NCBI GenBank assembly: GCA_045631285.1
Contig: JAZQUL010000091.1
Coordinates: 1,208-65,207 of the forward strand
Direction: 5' to 3'
Source: Faecousia sp.
GTDB lineage: Bacteria > Bacillota > Clostridia > Oscillospirales > Oscillospiraceae
DNA: 64,000 nt
Shown: piece after piece, positions 39,929 through 49,951 of the stretch
Layout: each line of letters begins with the position of its first letter
Position numbering within the stretch: the first letter of the stretch is position 1
The notes under the pieces: generated by a model
What the model saw: the letters and a program-made list of their open reading frames with translations, nothing else
Told to the model about the DNA's origin: nothing
The model's database searches: none
Made by a program: the position numbers and the translations under genes

Positions 39929-40942
39929 ATGGCAACAAAAAGAAAAGGAAAACAAAGTTTCGTTCTTATGAATCCTCCGGTAATCACTGCTTGGGCAAAC
40001 GTTGCCGGAAAGAAAGAATCAGAGGGTCCACTTGGCGGCACTTTCGATATTCAAAGCAACGATTCCTACTTTGGGCAAAAGACCTGGGAACAGGCGGAAA
40101 AGCATATGCAGGAGCTGGCACTGGATACACTCACAAAAAAAGCAGGCATCAAAAAAGCAGATTTGGAGCTTGTATTCTCCGGTGACCTGCTAAATCAGTG
40201 TATCGGTTCTTCATTCACACTTCGAAATACCGGTATCCCTCATTTAGGCCTATACGGCGCCTGTTCTACAATGGCAGAAAGTCTGCTTCTTGCCGCAATG
40301 ACCGTAGGCGGTGGCTATTTTGATAACGTAGCAGCAATGACATCATCCCATTTTGCCTCCTCAGAACGTCAGTACCGTTTTCCGCTGGGATACGGCGGAC
40401 AACGAACGCCAACCTCCCAATGGACTGTAACCGGCGCAGGCGCCGCTTTAGTTTCCAGTCAAGGAAAAGGCCCCCGTATTACAGCCTGTACTGTCGGTAT
40501 TGTCACAGACCTGGGCATCAAGGACGCCAACAATATGGGCGCGGCAATGGCACCGGCAGCCCTTTCAACCATTCGCAGTCATTTTACAGATTTAAAAACC
40601 GGGCCTGAGGATTTTGACCTTATCGTTACCGGTGATCTGGGGCAGCATGGTAAAGACATTTTGCTGACTCTCGCCCAAAAAGAGGGGATGTCCTTAGGTG
40701 GTAAAATTGCCGATTGCGGTTGTCTCATCTTTGATAATTTAAAACAGGATGTCCATTCCGGCGGCTCGGGTTGCGGTTGCAGTGCCATCACACTTTGCGG
40801 TGATTTACTGAATAAGCTGCAAAAAGGAAAGCTTAAGAAGATATTATTCTGCGGAACAGGCGCGCTGCTTTCCCCTACCTCAACCCAGCAGAATTTACCA
40901 ATCTCAGGTGTTTGTCACGCAGTTGCGATTTCAGGAGGCTGA
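39929..40942 (+). CDS. spoVAD: Stage V sporulation protein AD
   Basis: GDLLNQC, GACSTMAESL, ERQYRFPL, GGSGCGCS. Confidence 0.95.
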   Translation: MATKRKGKQSFVLMNPPVITAWANVAGKKESEGPLGGTFDIQSNDSYFGQKTWEQAEKHMQELALDTLTKKAGIKKADLELVFSGDLLNQCIGSSFTLRNTGIPHLGLYGACSTMAESLLLAAMTVGGGYFDNVAAMTSSHFASSERQYRFPLGYGGQRTPTSQWTVTGAGAALVSSQGKGPRITACTVGIVTDLGIKDANNMGAAMAPAALSTIRSHFTDLKTGPEDFDLIVTGDLGQHGKDILLTLAQKEGMSLGGKIADCGCLIFDNLKQDVHSGGSGCGCSAITLCGDLLNKLQKGKLKKILFCGTGALLSPTSTQQNLPISGVCHAVAISGG

Positions 40943-40943
40943 T

Positions 40944-41300
40944 ATGGACTATTTTAAAGCATTTTTAGTTGGCGGAATTCTTTGTGTGATCGGCCAAATC
41001 CTCATTGATAAAACCAAGCTGACGCCAGCAAGGATTCTGGTGGCGTATGTGGTAATTGGCGTTATCTTAGGAGCATTTAAAATCTATGAACCGCTTATAG
41101 AATTCGCTGGCGCCGGCGCAAGTGTACCGCTGACCGGCTTTGGCAACACGCTGGCAAAGGGCGTTCGGGAAGCTGTTGACGAAAAAGGCTTTCTTGGCGT
41201 CTTCATTGGTGGGCTAAAAGCCACCGCCGGCGGCATCACAGCGGCAATTGTAGCAGGACTCCTTGCCAGTTGTTTGTTTAAAGCGAAGGATAAATCTTAA
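40944..41300 (+). CDS. spoVAE: Stage V sporulation protein AE (SpoVAEb)
   Basis: AFLVGGILCVIGQILID..LTPARILV, GAGASVPLTGFG. Confidence 0.92.
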   Translation: MDYFKAFLVGGILCVIGQILIDKTKLTPARILVAYVVIGVILGAFKIYEPLIEFAGAGASVPLTGFGNTLAKGVREAVDEKGFLGVFIGGLKATAGGITAAIVAGLLASCLFKAKDKS

Positions 41301-41357
41301 AATCGTGGGCATAGTATTACCACGGCAATGCCGAAATTATTTTGGAGGATCAAGGTT

Positions 41358-41465
41358 ATGGAAAACCAGAACAAGAATCAGAACCAGAACAACAATCAGA
41401 ACAACAATCAGAATAACAATAACAACAATCAGAACAGAAACCAGAACAACCAGAATAACCGCTAA
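41358..41465 (+). CDS. 35-aa Asn/Gln-rich microprotein (not in ORF track)
   Basis: MENQNKNQNQNNNQNNNQNNNNNNQNRNQNNQNNR; SD GGAGG; GGATA-N17-CATAGTA upstream; terminator directly after. Confidence 0.7.
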   Translation: MENQNKNQNQNNNQNNNQNNNNNNQNRNQNNQNNR

Positions 41466-41469
41466 ACGA

Positions 41470-41505
41470 TATCCGCCGAACAGAACCTGTTCGGCGGATA
41501 CTTTT
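41470..41505. terminator. Terminator between the microprotein and addA
   Basis: 14-bp stem TATCCGCCGAACAG/CTGTTCGGCGGATA followed by CTTTT. Confidence 0.8.
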
Positions 41506-41506
41506 A

Positions 41507-44500
41507 TCATACATCGATTTCTCTTCCAATACTGAAGAAATACAATACTGAACGCTTTACCGGTAATTTATATATTCTTGCCATCGCATCGGCATAGGCC
41601 GCAATCTGGGGAATATATCCTCCCGCGACTGTGAGAACCTTTTCCTCTGTCACACGGTCCGTCTTAAAGTCGATAATTGTAATACCGTCATCTTCAACAA
41701 TCGCGCAGTCCACAACGCCCTGTAACAGTATCCTTTCTCCGGAAAGATCTGCATCCCAATTTGTCCCATCGGATAGGATAGAGAATTTAAACTCCCTGAG
41801 CACATTGACACTTTTGCGTACTTTCTCACCCAATGGAGATTGTAAGAAGCGCAGTATCTCATCCTTTCGAATCATAGAAAGTTCATCCGGCTGAATTCTC
41901 CCCTGCTGACAAAGCTTTTGTAAAGCCTCTTCCAACATTCCGGAAGTCGGCGCAGAATCGAAGCTTAAATATTGGAGCACCTTATGCGTTGCCGACCCCA
42001 CAGCAAGAGCATCCTTGCTCTTCTTTGCAAAAGAGGGCTTACGGTCAAAGTTAACCTTGACTGGTTCTTTTGTGTTTTGTGCAGCTTCCTGATCCTTAAT
42101 GCGGCCCTTTAGCTGCGTTGCTGTTTGTTTAGAGGGATATATGGTTGCCTTTTCATAGGGATAAGCATAGGAAAGGGCTTTTTTTATTTTTTCATATGCT
42201 GGCTCTGAAAGCACCGGTTTTTCTTCCGTTATAACCTCTGCTTTCGCTGAATCCACCGGTTTTCCTGTTGCGGCGCAAATTTTCCAGGGAACTGTGTCAG
42301 TGCGAACAGAATCCGGTCTGCCGCCAATGGCAAACAATTCTCCCGCCTCGATGCGATCCATAGCCGTCTGCAGTACCCATTCTCCCATAGAAGATACATC
42401 CTTCGCCATCAGCAGATTGCCGGACATATCCGCACGGAGCGCATAATCCGTAATAATGTTCTCTAAATATTTGGATGCATAGGTCATAATGAGCCGTTCC
42501 TTCGCTCTGGTCATCGCCACATAAAGAACCCGCATTTCCTCCGAAAGACTATCCGATTCCTTTTTCACCATAATGGCGCGCTTTGCAAGTGAGGGGTAGC
42601 AAAGTCGTTTTGCCTTATCCACAAAGGTAACACCCAAGCCAAGTTCCTTATCGCATAAAACCTGCTCTTTCAGGTCCTCACGGTTGAAACTCTTGGAAAG
42701 GGCGCATAGAAATACAACAGGATATTCAAGACCTTTCGACTTGTGAATACTCAGGATAGTAACCTTTCCGGCTGTCTTATCATCTTGTTTTTTGACAAGA
42801 CTGCGTGCATCCAGCGCATCCAAATACTTAAGGAAACCCTGCACATCCCGATGACCAATCTGTTCTGCCTGGGCCGCAAGGTGCAGAAATGCTTCCAGCG
42901 CATCGGTATTTCCATTTACAGCGCAATAGATGTAATCCATTCTGGTGTGGTGCAATATATGGTCCAAAAGTCCTGAAACAGTACCATTTCTGGCCACATC
43001 CCGCAGCCTCATCAGGGTCTCGTAAAAGCCAGTGACCTTTGGCTGCTGTGCATCTGTGAGAAGATAGAAAATTGGACAGCCTGTCCTTTCTTTTCTCATA
43101 GCGGCAAGTTCATCTGCTGTAAAGGCAAATACGCGGCTCATCATCACTGCAACCAGAGGAATATCCTGCAAAGGATTATCAATTACCTGCAGGAGCGAGC
43201 GCAGAAACTGAATTTCCTCGGCCTGCAGCAGGTTTTGTTCTCCACCAAAACAACACTCGATGCCGTGCTTTTGGAGCGCATAGACAAATTCACCACCCAC
43301 AGGCCCGGGAGACCTGAGAAGTATAGCAATGTCCTGGGGCATAATGGGCCGCAAACCGTCTTCCCCGCGAATCTGCTGTCCACTGCACAGCAATTCGTGA
43401 ATCTTTTCCGCTACGAAGGCAGCCTCTTCCGGATATGTCTCTTTTTCAACAGTAATTCCGTAAAATTCTACCTGTGGCGCTTCCGGTAAGGCCTTCTCAT
43501 TTCCGTTGAGCCGTTCCTCCTCACCGTAAACGAGGCCACCGACTCCCGGAGACATACATTTGGTAAATACGTCATTTACACCGCTGATGACGCCCGCAGA
43601 TGAACGGAAATTCTTTGTCAGCAATACTTTTCTTCCCTGCCCGGGCAACGCCCGCTTGGCAGGCACATAATCATTATACTTATTCAGGAAAAGGCCAGGG
43701 TCTGCCAAACGGAATCCATATATGGACTGCTTCACATCGCCTACCATAAAGCAGTTGTTTCGCTCTCGGGTTAATGCCTCAAAAATCGCTTCCTGTACTG
43801 CGTGACTGTCCTGGTACTCATCAACCATAACCTCACGGAAACGTCTTCCGATTTCTACCGCAACAGCAGTCATACCGGTACGTTGTTTTCCGTAGAAAAG
43901 GTCCAATGTCTTATGCTCTAAATCGGCAAAATCCATAACGTGGCGATTCTGCTTCCGTTTACTGTAACACTCAGCAAATTTTTTCACCAGCGAAACCAGT
44001 CCGCCAATAACCGGTGTGCAAGCGCGCAGTTCCAGCAACACCTGCCCATTGTCGTATTTAAATATCTTCTGTTTTTCTGCAATTGATGCTTTGCAGGCAT
44101 TACGTACCGCCTTAATCTTTTCCATTAATTCGACATCGGCGCTTTTACTGAAAGTCAACGTACCAAAGCTCTGAATCAGATGGCAGTTAGTATCTGTCCA
44201 GGTATCGCAGTTTCGTAATGCAGTGAGTTGCTCCACAGTTGTATGCAGCAATATCGACGCCTTCTCCATCCCCACAGAACTACTTGCCGCATCCGCGCAC
44301 TTTTGAATGGCAGATATATGCATATCAAGACAGCTGTGTAAATCATCGATTAAATATCTGCCCCATACGGTTTGGGAAGCATCCGTCACATCGGCAATCT
44401 CGCTTTCGCGAATGCAATCCTCCAGCCAGGCATCCGGGTTGAGATGACAGCGGGAACTTTTATAAATACTGTAAATGATCTGCGGAAGTTTTCGATCGTC

Positions 44501-45007
44501 CCGGCCAAATCCTTGCGTGTCGACCACAATACGAAAACCGTCATCCTCATCTATTGCCCCATAGGATTCTTCCAAAAGCTGCTGCAGCACCTGCTCCTGC
44601 ATCTCTGCACATTCTTCTTCCTCTGCCACGCGAAAATCTCCGTGAATGTCCAGACGATAAGCATTCTCACGAAGAATATCCGTGCAAAAACCGTGGACAG
44701 TAGAAATTTTTGCAAGATAGAGACGCTGCAACTGACGCTGTAAATGGCGGTTGGTTGCATCCTCTGCCAAAAGCTCACCCAGCTTTTTACTGATCTTCTG
44801 CCGAAGCTCCGAGGCAGCTGCTTTTGTGTAGGTAATTATCAAAAAGTCATCAATATTAGCCGGAGATACCGGATCCAGTATGTATTGCATCAACCGCTCT
44901 ACAAGTACCATCGTCTTACCGGAACCGGCTGCCGCAGATACCAAAAGTTTTCCGCCCCGGTCATTGACAGCCGCACGCTGTTGCGGTGTTAAATCAGGCA
45001 TCTGCAT
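41507..45007 (-). CDS. addA: Helicase-nuclease AddAB subunit A
   Basis: SAAAGSGKT, VDEYQD, VGDVKQSIY, IHKSKGLE, C-terminal nuclease GVVD..IIDFKT. Confidence 0.93.
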   Translation of the reverse strand: MQMPDLTPQQRAAVNDRGGKLLVSAAAGSGKTMVLVERLMQYILDPVSPANIDDFLIITYTKAAASELRQKISKKLGELLAEDATNRHLQRQLQRLYLAKISTVHGFCTDILRENAYRLDIHGDFRVAEEEECAEMQEQVLQQLLEESYGAIDEDDGFRIVVDTQGFGRDDRKLPQIIYSIYKSSRCHLNPDAWLEDCIRESEIADVTDASQTVWGRYLIDDLHSCLDMHISAIQKCADAASSSVGMEKASILLHTTVEQLTALRNCDTWTDTNCHLIQSFGTLTFSKSADVELMEKIKAVRNACKASIAEKQKIFKYDNGQVLLELRACTPVIGGLVSLVKKFAECYSKRKQNRHVMDFADLEHKTLDLFYGKQRTGMTAVAVEIGRRFREVMVDEYQDSHAVQEAIFEALTRERNNCFMVGDVKQSIYGFRLADPGLFLNKYNDYVPAKRALPGQGRKVLLTKNFRSSAGVISGVNDVFTKCMSPGVGGLVYGEEERLNGNEKALPEAPQVEFYGITVEKETYPEEAAFVAEKIHELLCSGQQIRGEDGLRPIMPQDIAILLRSPGPVGGEFVYALQKHGIECCFGGEQNLLQAEEIQFLRSLLQVIDNPLQDIPLVAVMMSRVFAFTADELAAMRKERTGCPIFYLLTDAQQPKVTGFYETLMRLRDVARNGTVSGLLDHILHHTRMDYIYCAVNGNTDALEAFLHLAAQAEQIGHRDVQGFLKYLDALDARSLVKKQDDKTAGKVTILSIHKSKGLEYPVVFLCALSKSFNREDLKEQVLCDKELGLGVTFVDKAKRLCYPSLAKRAIMVKKESDSLSEEMRVLYVAMTRAKERLIMTYASKYLENIITDYALRADMSGNLLMAKDVSSMGEWVLQTAMDRIEAGELFAIGGRPDSVRTDTVPWKICAATGKPVDSAKAEVITEEKPVLSEPAYEKIKKALSYAYPYEKATIYPSKQTATQLKGRIKDQEAAQNTKEPVKVNFDRKPSFAKKSKDALAVGSATHKVLQYLSFDSAPTSGMLEEALQKLCQQGRIQPDELSMIRKDEILRFLQSPLGEKVRKSVNVLREFKFSILSDGTNWDADLSGERILLQGVVDCAIVEDDGITIIDFKTDRVTEEKVLTVAGGYIPQIAAYADAMARIYKLPVKRSVLYFFSIGREIDV

Positions 45008-48000
45008 TCACACTCCTTTCAATCCGTTCCCAGAATTCCTCCGGCTTCATGGCTGCATAGTCTCTTCGGCCCTCCAGATATTCCGGATGGCAGACCTGCT
45101 TATAAGGACAAAACGCGCAGGCATTGTGAGAATTGCCCCTCGTATAGGGATTTGCCTCTACGTTACCGGACGCAATGGCATCCACCATTTGCGCCAAGAG
45201 CTTAGTAATATACTTTTCTAAAAGGTGGAACTGGTCACGGCTTGCCACGGCGCCGCTTATTTTCCCATCCTTATTGACACGATAATCCAGCCGCTGTAAT
45301 GTCCCATCCGGCTGCATCGCATTTAAAACATCGCTGTCACTAAGAAGAAGGCCCTTGCGCTTCCACTCCTTATTGCGAAGCTTCTTTGCCTCCTCTTCAG
45401 TCAGCGCGCCGTCTGCGGTTACCACAGGCGCTCTGGCCGGGAAATACTGAACGCCTGCCGGATATGGATTGTCACCTAAAATATCCCTGCCGCCCCTTGA
45501 GAGGGCAAAGAGATACAGCAGCATTTGCAGACCGATTCCGTTAAAAACATCGCAGTAATCAAAATCCTTTTTGCCGGTCTTGTAATCGACAACTCTAAAA
45601 TAGTTCCGTCCATCTTCCTGCCATACGTCCACACGGTCAACAAAGCCATTGAGCTGCCCATCCATCATCGTGCCGGAAATTGCGATGGGGGGCATTTTGC
45701 CGCCAACGCCAAATTGCACCTCAAAATCTGCCGGAATAAAGGCACAGCTATGGAGTTCATCCCAAAGCTCCTCTACAACCATATCCAGTTCCTGTGCATT
45801 TCTCGAAAGCAGATAGGATATTCTCTGAGAATCCAAGCCGGAAAAATGTTCCGATACATAAAGTTTCGAATATTTCCGGGCTATCTCCAGAGTTTCGTGC
45901 ACAGAAAGTTTGCGAAAACCGCCCTTTTCCATCACCTCACGGGCAGTATTCTCCAACACCGCGTGAACATAAGTACCATACTCCGCGGGGTCAACAGCAG
46001 CGGGTTTCCGCTCTCTTGCCCGGAGACCATATTGCAGGAAATAGCGCATACGGCAATCAGCAAATTTATCAATCTGCGAAGCAGACAATGTGAGCTGCTG
46101 GCCATATAGTCCACGAACATTTTTAAACTGCACAGCGCCATGGTGGTAGGATACGCCATCATCAATCATTTCATAGATATCGCTCAGACCAAGATTATCT
46201 GCAATGGCTCTTTCACCGAATTCAGCAAGATATGCCGCAGTTTCGCCTCTGTCCACACCGGAAAGGGCCACATTATCTTCCCACACCCTCTCACCGCCTG
46301 CCATTTGGACAAGTCTGCGGTAAACAAAAGATGGCATACCGCCGGGGTAAACCGCCGTCACAGAGCTTCTTGCGCCGCAGAAAACACCGTAAATTTCCGC
46401 CAGCTCAGCCTGCAAGCCTTCCATAGCGCCACCGGTCAGCGGCACACCCATTTCCCGCAGCGCAGTCCGTTCCCAGTCGCTGAGAACCCCAGTAGAACCG
46501 CTGTATCCGGGCATTTGGCCCTCCAGCATCCCCAAAACAATTAGATGTTCTGCCTGCTGGCAGCGCATTGCGCTTGCGTTACCAATTGTAACCGCATCCA
46601 ATACCGACGGAATTGTGCCAACATCATACTGACTAAGCAGCAGCCGGAACAGTCGGAAAAAGCTTATGTTGTCCCATACAGTCTCGCCTAGCACATCGTG
46701 CATCTGCTCTAACGCGTTCAAAAGGACTGCCCAAAGCTGATCAAGAACCTGCGCGCTGCGGTTATCACCGTCTCGGTCATAGCGAATTGCAGCAGCGCGC
46801 AATCGTTTTGCAAACGCAATTTCCTCCAAAAATGCATAAACCGCTTCAACCTGCTCCGATAGTTTCAAAGCAGTATGCAACCGGTCTCGAAGACGGACCA
46901 GTGGCGCTATGCCCTTATGGCGTAAGCCTTCCAGCATTTCCAGTTCTGCATAGGTCTTTTCCGTCCAATCTCTGCCCAATCCGCCGGGATGATTTTTCCA
47001 CTCACTGCACCAGCCGCTGCCACTGATTGACCATAAAAGCCCATAGTTCTCCAGCCTATCACATTCCGATAGACCCAGTGGCGACATTGCGCTGCGTAAA
47101 TAGCGCAGCACATCTGCCTGTTGAAAGCCTCCGAGAACCGCTTCCATAGCATAGAGCACCGTATGAATCGCTGGCCGCTCCAATACACATTCCTTGCCAG
47201 TAGTATAATAGGGTATCCCACACCGACGAAATACCGCGCTAATTGCAACCTTATAGGCTGAAATATTGCTGCAAACAATACTAATATCCCGATAACGGAT
47301 ACCGTCATAAGTAAGATTGCGTATTTTTTGGGCAGCCAACACCACCTCTTTATATGGGGTTTCTGCGCGGAAAGCAGTTACACTATCAGCATCCGTCCGC
47401 GCGATTTCACCCTGGTACAGCTGTGACCATACATTAGAAACAGGTGTGTTGATTGGCAAAACTGTTCTGACATCGGTCTCCACACCTGCTCTCTTGGCCG
47501 CATTAATAAGCGTCTTTGCCGTCTCCCCTGCTTTTTGGAACGCCATATGGTCGGAGCCAGGAATGTCACAGTTAATACTGACAACTACAAGCGGTGACGT
47601 ACAAATCAGGTGGTTCAAAATCGCCATATGCTGTCTTGTAAAATCGGGAAAACCATCTATGTAAAAAGTATGGTTTTCGGCGAAATCGCTTTCCTCAAGC
47701 TGCTCCAAAAGCCAAGTCATTTGGTCCCTGGGATCCCGCTTCCCGTGGGCCGTGATACCGTCATAGGCATTATAGAGCAGCGCCAGTTCGGAAAGCTTTT
47801 GTGCAAATACGCCCTCGCACCGGCTCGCTGCGTTTTGCAAATCCTCCGGCGTAATACAGCAGCGCTTAAACTCGTCCACAGCATCTACAAGCCCGGTAAG
47901 AAATTCCGGCTTTGTCTCCACTGCTGCATAGGCTTTGAGGCTTCCTCGCAACTGACCGGCGACTGCCGCCATTGCCACAACACGGCCACCGTTATCAAGA

Positions 48001-48248
48001 CATTCCTCGGGCGCAATTTTCGTATATTCCGATACTCGCTGTGTTAGTCGTGTAAAGGACAACACTTCCGCAAAGCGGCTGGTGGTATCTCCCGCCGCTT
48101 GGCAAAGCCTGCGTTCCATATCGTGGCTAATGAGTTCCGGAACCATAAGTATTCTATTTTCTTTTTCGTTTTTAACATCGTCCGAGAGCTGCCTCAAAAT
48201 TTCGTCACGGTTCGCTACCCAATCCGTACCCAGAATAATCCGGAGCAT
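44994..48248 (-). CDS. addB: Helicase-nuclease AddAB subunit B
   Basis: IDGFPDFT, LSASQID..C, GFVDRVD..VVDYKTG, C..CPY..VC Fe-S cysteines. Confidence 0.9.
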   Translation of the reverse strand: MLRIILGTDWVANRDEILRQLSDDVKNEKENRILMVPELISHDMERRLCQAAGDTTSRFAEVLSFTRLTQRVSEYTKIAPEECLDNGGRVVAMAAVAGQLRGSLKAYAAVETKPEFLTGLVDAVDEFKRCCITPEDLQNAASRCEGVFAQKLSELALLYNAYDGITAHGKRDPRDQMTWLLEQLEESDFAENHTFYIDGFPDFTRQHMAILNHLICTSPLVVVSINCDIPGSDHMAFQKAGETAKTLINAAKRAGVETDVRTVLPINTPVSNVWSQLYQGEIARTDADSVTAFRAETPYKEVVLAAQKIRNLTYDGIRYRDISIVCSNISAYKVAISAVFRRCGIPYYTTGKECVLERPAIHTVLYAMEAVLGGFQQADVLRYLRSAMSPLGLSECDRLENYGLLWSISGSGWCSEWKNHPGGLGRDWTEKTYAELEMLEGLRHKGIAPLVRLRDRLHTALKLSEQVEAVYAFLEEIAFAKRLRAAAIRYDRDGDNRSAQVLDQLWAVLLNALEQMHDVLGETVWDNISFFRLFRLLLSQYDVGTIPSVLDAVTIGNASAMRCQQAEHLIVLGMLEGQMPGYSGSTGVLSDWERTALREMGVPLTGGAMEGLQAELAEIYGVFCGARSSVTAVYPGGMPSFVYRRLVQMAGGERVWEDNVALSGVDRGETAAYLAEFGERAIADNLGLSDIYEMIDDGVSYHHGAVQFKNVRGLYGQQLTLSASQIDKFADCRMRYFLQYGLRARERKPAAVDPAEYGTYVHAVLENTAREVMEKGGFRKLSVHETLEIARKYSKLYVSEHFSGLDSQRISYLLSRNAQELDMVVEELWDELHSCAFIPADFEVQFGVGGKMPPIAISGTMMDGQLNGFVDRVDVWQEDGRNYFRVVDYKTGKKDFDYCDVFNGIGLQMLLYLFALSRGGRDILGDNPYPAGVQYFPARAPVVTADGALTEEEAKKLRNKEWKRKGLLLSDSDVLNAMQPDGTLQRLDYRVNKDGKISGAVASRDQFHLLEKYITKLLAQMVDAIASGNVEANPYTRGNSHNACAFCPYKQVCHPEYLEGRRDYAAMKPEEFWERIERSVNADA

Positions 48249-48314
48249 ACACCCACCTCTTCTCTCTTTTTTGTTACCATTATATCACATCATCAGAATA
48301 TTTGTAGTGCCAAT

Positions 48315-48920
48315 TTACCGATTATAGAAGAATCTCTCCGCCTGTCCAATCAGGTCAAGAACGAAAAAACGAAATTGATATTTTCCGGTAATACCACCGG
48401 ATAGGGACTCCGAGAACCCCGCTCCGGCCGCAACATCGTTAAATGTTTCTCCCGCAGCAGGCAAGCATAAGGACGGAAACACCACGCACCACCAATTGTG
48501 TCCTTTCCCGGCACCCAATTCAATACGAAGCGAGGTGTAGACACCGGATGGCAATGTAAAAGTGTCGTACTCCCGGACATCAAAAGTCTCCTCCATCAAG
48601 GTTGCACGAACAGTCATATCAGTGCCTTCGGCGGAAAGAACATTTTTTGCCAATGACTCCAACTCAGGCAAATGCCCATCAATGACCTGCCGTGCATCCT
48701 TTGCGGTCTCTGTCTCCTCCAGCAATTCCATTAAGTATTCATTTACTGCGTCACGAACACGCAGTTTTTGCGCTTGGTCAGCCTCGCTGTCAGAATTTGC
48801 TACCACGTGCAAGCGGATGACTTCTCTGCGTAGCTGCGTTTTGTCACCATAGCAGGATACACCGTAGAAAACGCTGACGAAAAGAATAGAGATTAGTATA
48901 AAAGAAATCATTTTTTTCAT
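48315..48920 (-). CDS. spoIIR: Stage II sporulation protein R
   Basis: IRLHVVANSDS..DQ..KLRVRD, GHNWWCVVFPSLC. Confidence 0.95.
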   Translation of the reverse strand: MKKMISFILISILFVSVFYGVSCYGDKTQLRREVIRLHVVANSDSEADQAQKLRVRDAVNEYLMELLEETETAKDARQVIDGHLPELESLAKNVLSAEGTDMTVRATLMEETFDVREYDTFTLPSGVYTSLRIELGAGKGHNWWCVVFPSLCLPAAGETFNDVAAGAGFSESLSGGITGKYQFRFFVLDLIGQAERFFYNR

Positions 48921-48949
48921 AAAAAACACCGTCCATACTGAAATAACTC

Positions 48950-48979
48950 CAGTATGGACGGATTTTGGAAGATTTATAC
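48950..48979 (-). promoter_or_regulatory. SigF-like promoter of spoIIR overlapping a terminator hairpin
   Basis: GTATA-N15-GTCCATACTG on the minus strand; spoIIR is an established SigF target. Confidence 0.6.
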
Positions 48980-49846
48980 AGGTTTTGCAATATAAATCTG
49001 CGGATAGTTTTCACGGAGCATATTACAGATAACTGCCGCATATTCAAAACTTTCTACGATTGCGAAAACCGCAGAACCGGAGCCGGTCATTTGGTAACCG
49101 ACAGCGCCATAGCTGTTGAATATGGATTTAATATAGTTGATTTCAAGATGATCCTCTGTTACAACAGGGTCAAATACGTTGCAGAGATTTTCTGCAATTT
49201 TGCCCAAGTCACCGGCTAAAAGCGCGCTTTCCATTGCCTGCTGGTCCGGACGCCGTGCGATGGTCTTCTCATCGATTTTGCGGTAAAGCTCCGGTGTGGA
49301 AGAGGAAAAATCAGGTTTGCAAATTACTATACAGCAATCCTCCGGCATATCCGGAAGCTTCCGAAGCCGCTCGCCCCGACCCTCCACCATTGCTGTCCCG
49401 CAAACGGTGCAGAAAGGCACATCGCTGCCAACAGCCGCGCCAATCTCAGCCAACGCAAGAATTGAGAAAGGATAACCGTAATGACGGTTTAATGCCCGAA
49501 GAACCGCTGCGGCATCGGCGCTGCCACCGCCTAATCCTGCCTCGGAAGGAATTCTCTTTGTAATACGAATTTCCAAGCCGTCCGGATCTTTGCCCGCTGC
49601 ATCAAAAAAGACACGTGCAGCCTTCCAAGCCAGGTTTCGTTCATCCGTCGGAATCCCGTCCTTATCACAAAGCAGCCGCCATGGCGCGCCTGTTCCAATA
49701 TCTATCTCAATATCATCCCGGATGGAAATAGTCTGCATAACGCTGCGGATATTATGATATCCATCATCCCGCTTTTCCAGAACATCCAGTGTCAGATTAA
49801 TTTTCGCAAATGCGCTTTCCCTTAGTGTTGTCATAACTGCCTCCAT
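48974..49846 (-). CDS. ispE: 4-diphosphocytidyl-2-C-methyl-D-erythritol kinase
   Basis: AKINLTLDV, IPSEAGLGGGSADAA, GSDVPF, MTGSGS. Confidence 0.95.
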   Translation of the reverse strand: MEAVMTTLRESAFAKINLTLDVLEKRDDGYHNIRSVMQTISIRDDIEIDIGTGAPWRLLCDKDGIPTDERNLAWKAARVFFDAAGKDPDGLEIRITKRIPSEAGLGGGSADAAAVLRALNRHYGYPFSILALAEIGAAVGSDVPFCTVCGTAMVEGRGERLRKLPDMPEDCCIVICKPDFSSSTPELYRKIDEKTIARRPDQQAMESALLAGDLGKIAENLCNVFDPVVTEDHLEINYIKSIFNSYGAVGYQMTGSGSAVFAIVESFEYAAVICNMLRENYPQIYIAKPV

Positions 49847-49890
49847 CTGCTTTTTTTCCTATTATAGCAGAAGAATTTCATTTTTTCAAC

Positions 49891-49919
49891 GCATATTCTC
49901 TATATTCATTGACATACTA
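49891..49919 (+). promoter_or_regulatory. SigG-like promoter of the DUF378 gene
   Basis: GCATA-N17-CATACTA, close to the SigG consensus. Confidence 0.65.
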
Positions 49920-49951
49920 AGCATATCCAAACGAAAAATGGAGGTAAAAGT

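Noticed and set aside
41263-41535. Alternative-frame ORF with RTTI repeats, or a CRISPR/VNTR reading of the repeat
   Set aside because: SD, ATG and terminator fit the Asn/Gln frame; units are 9-12 nt, degenerate and without spacers; no cas genes
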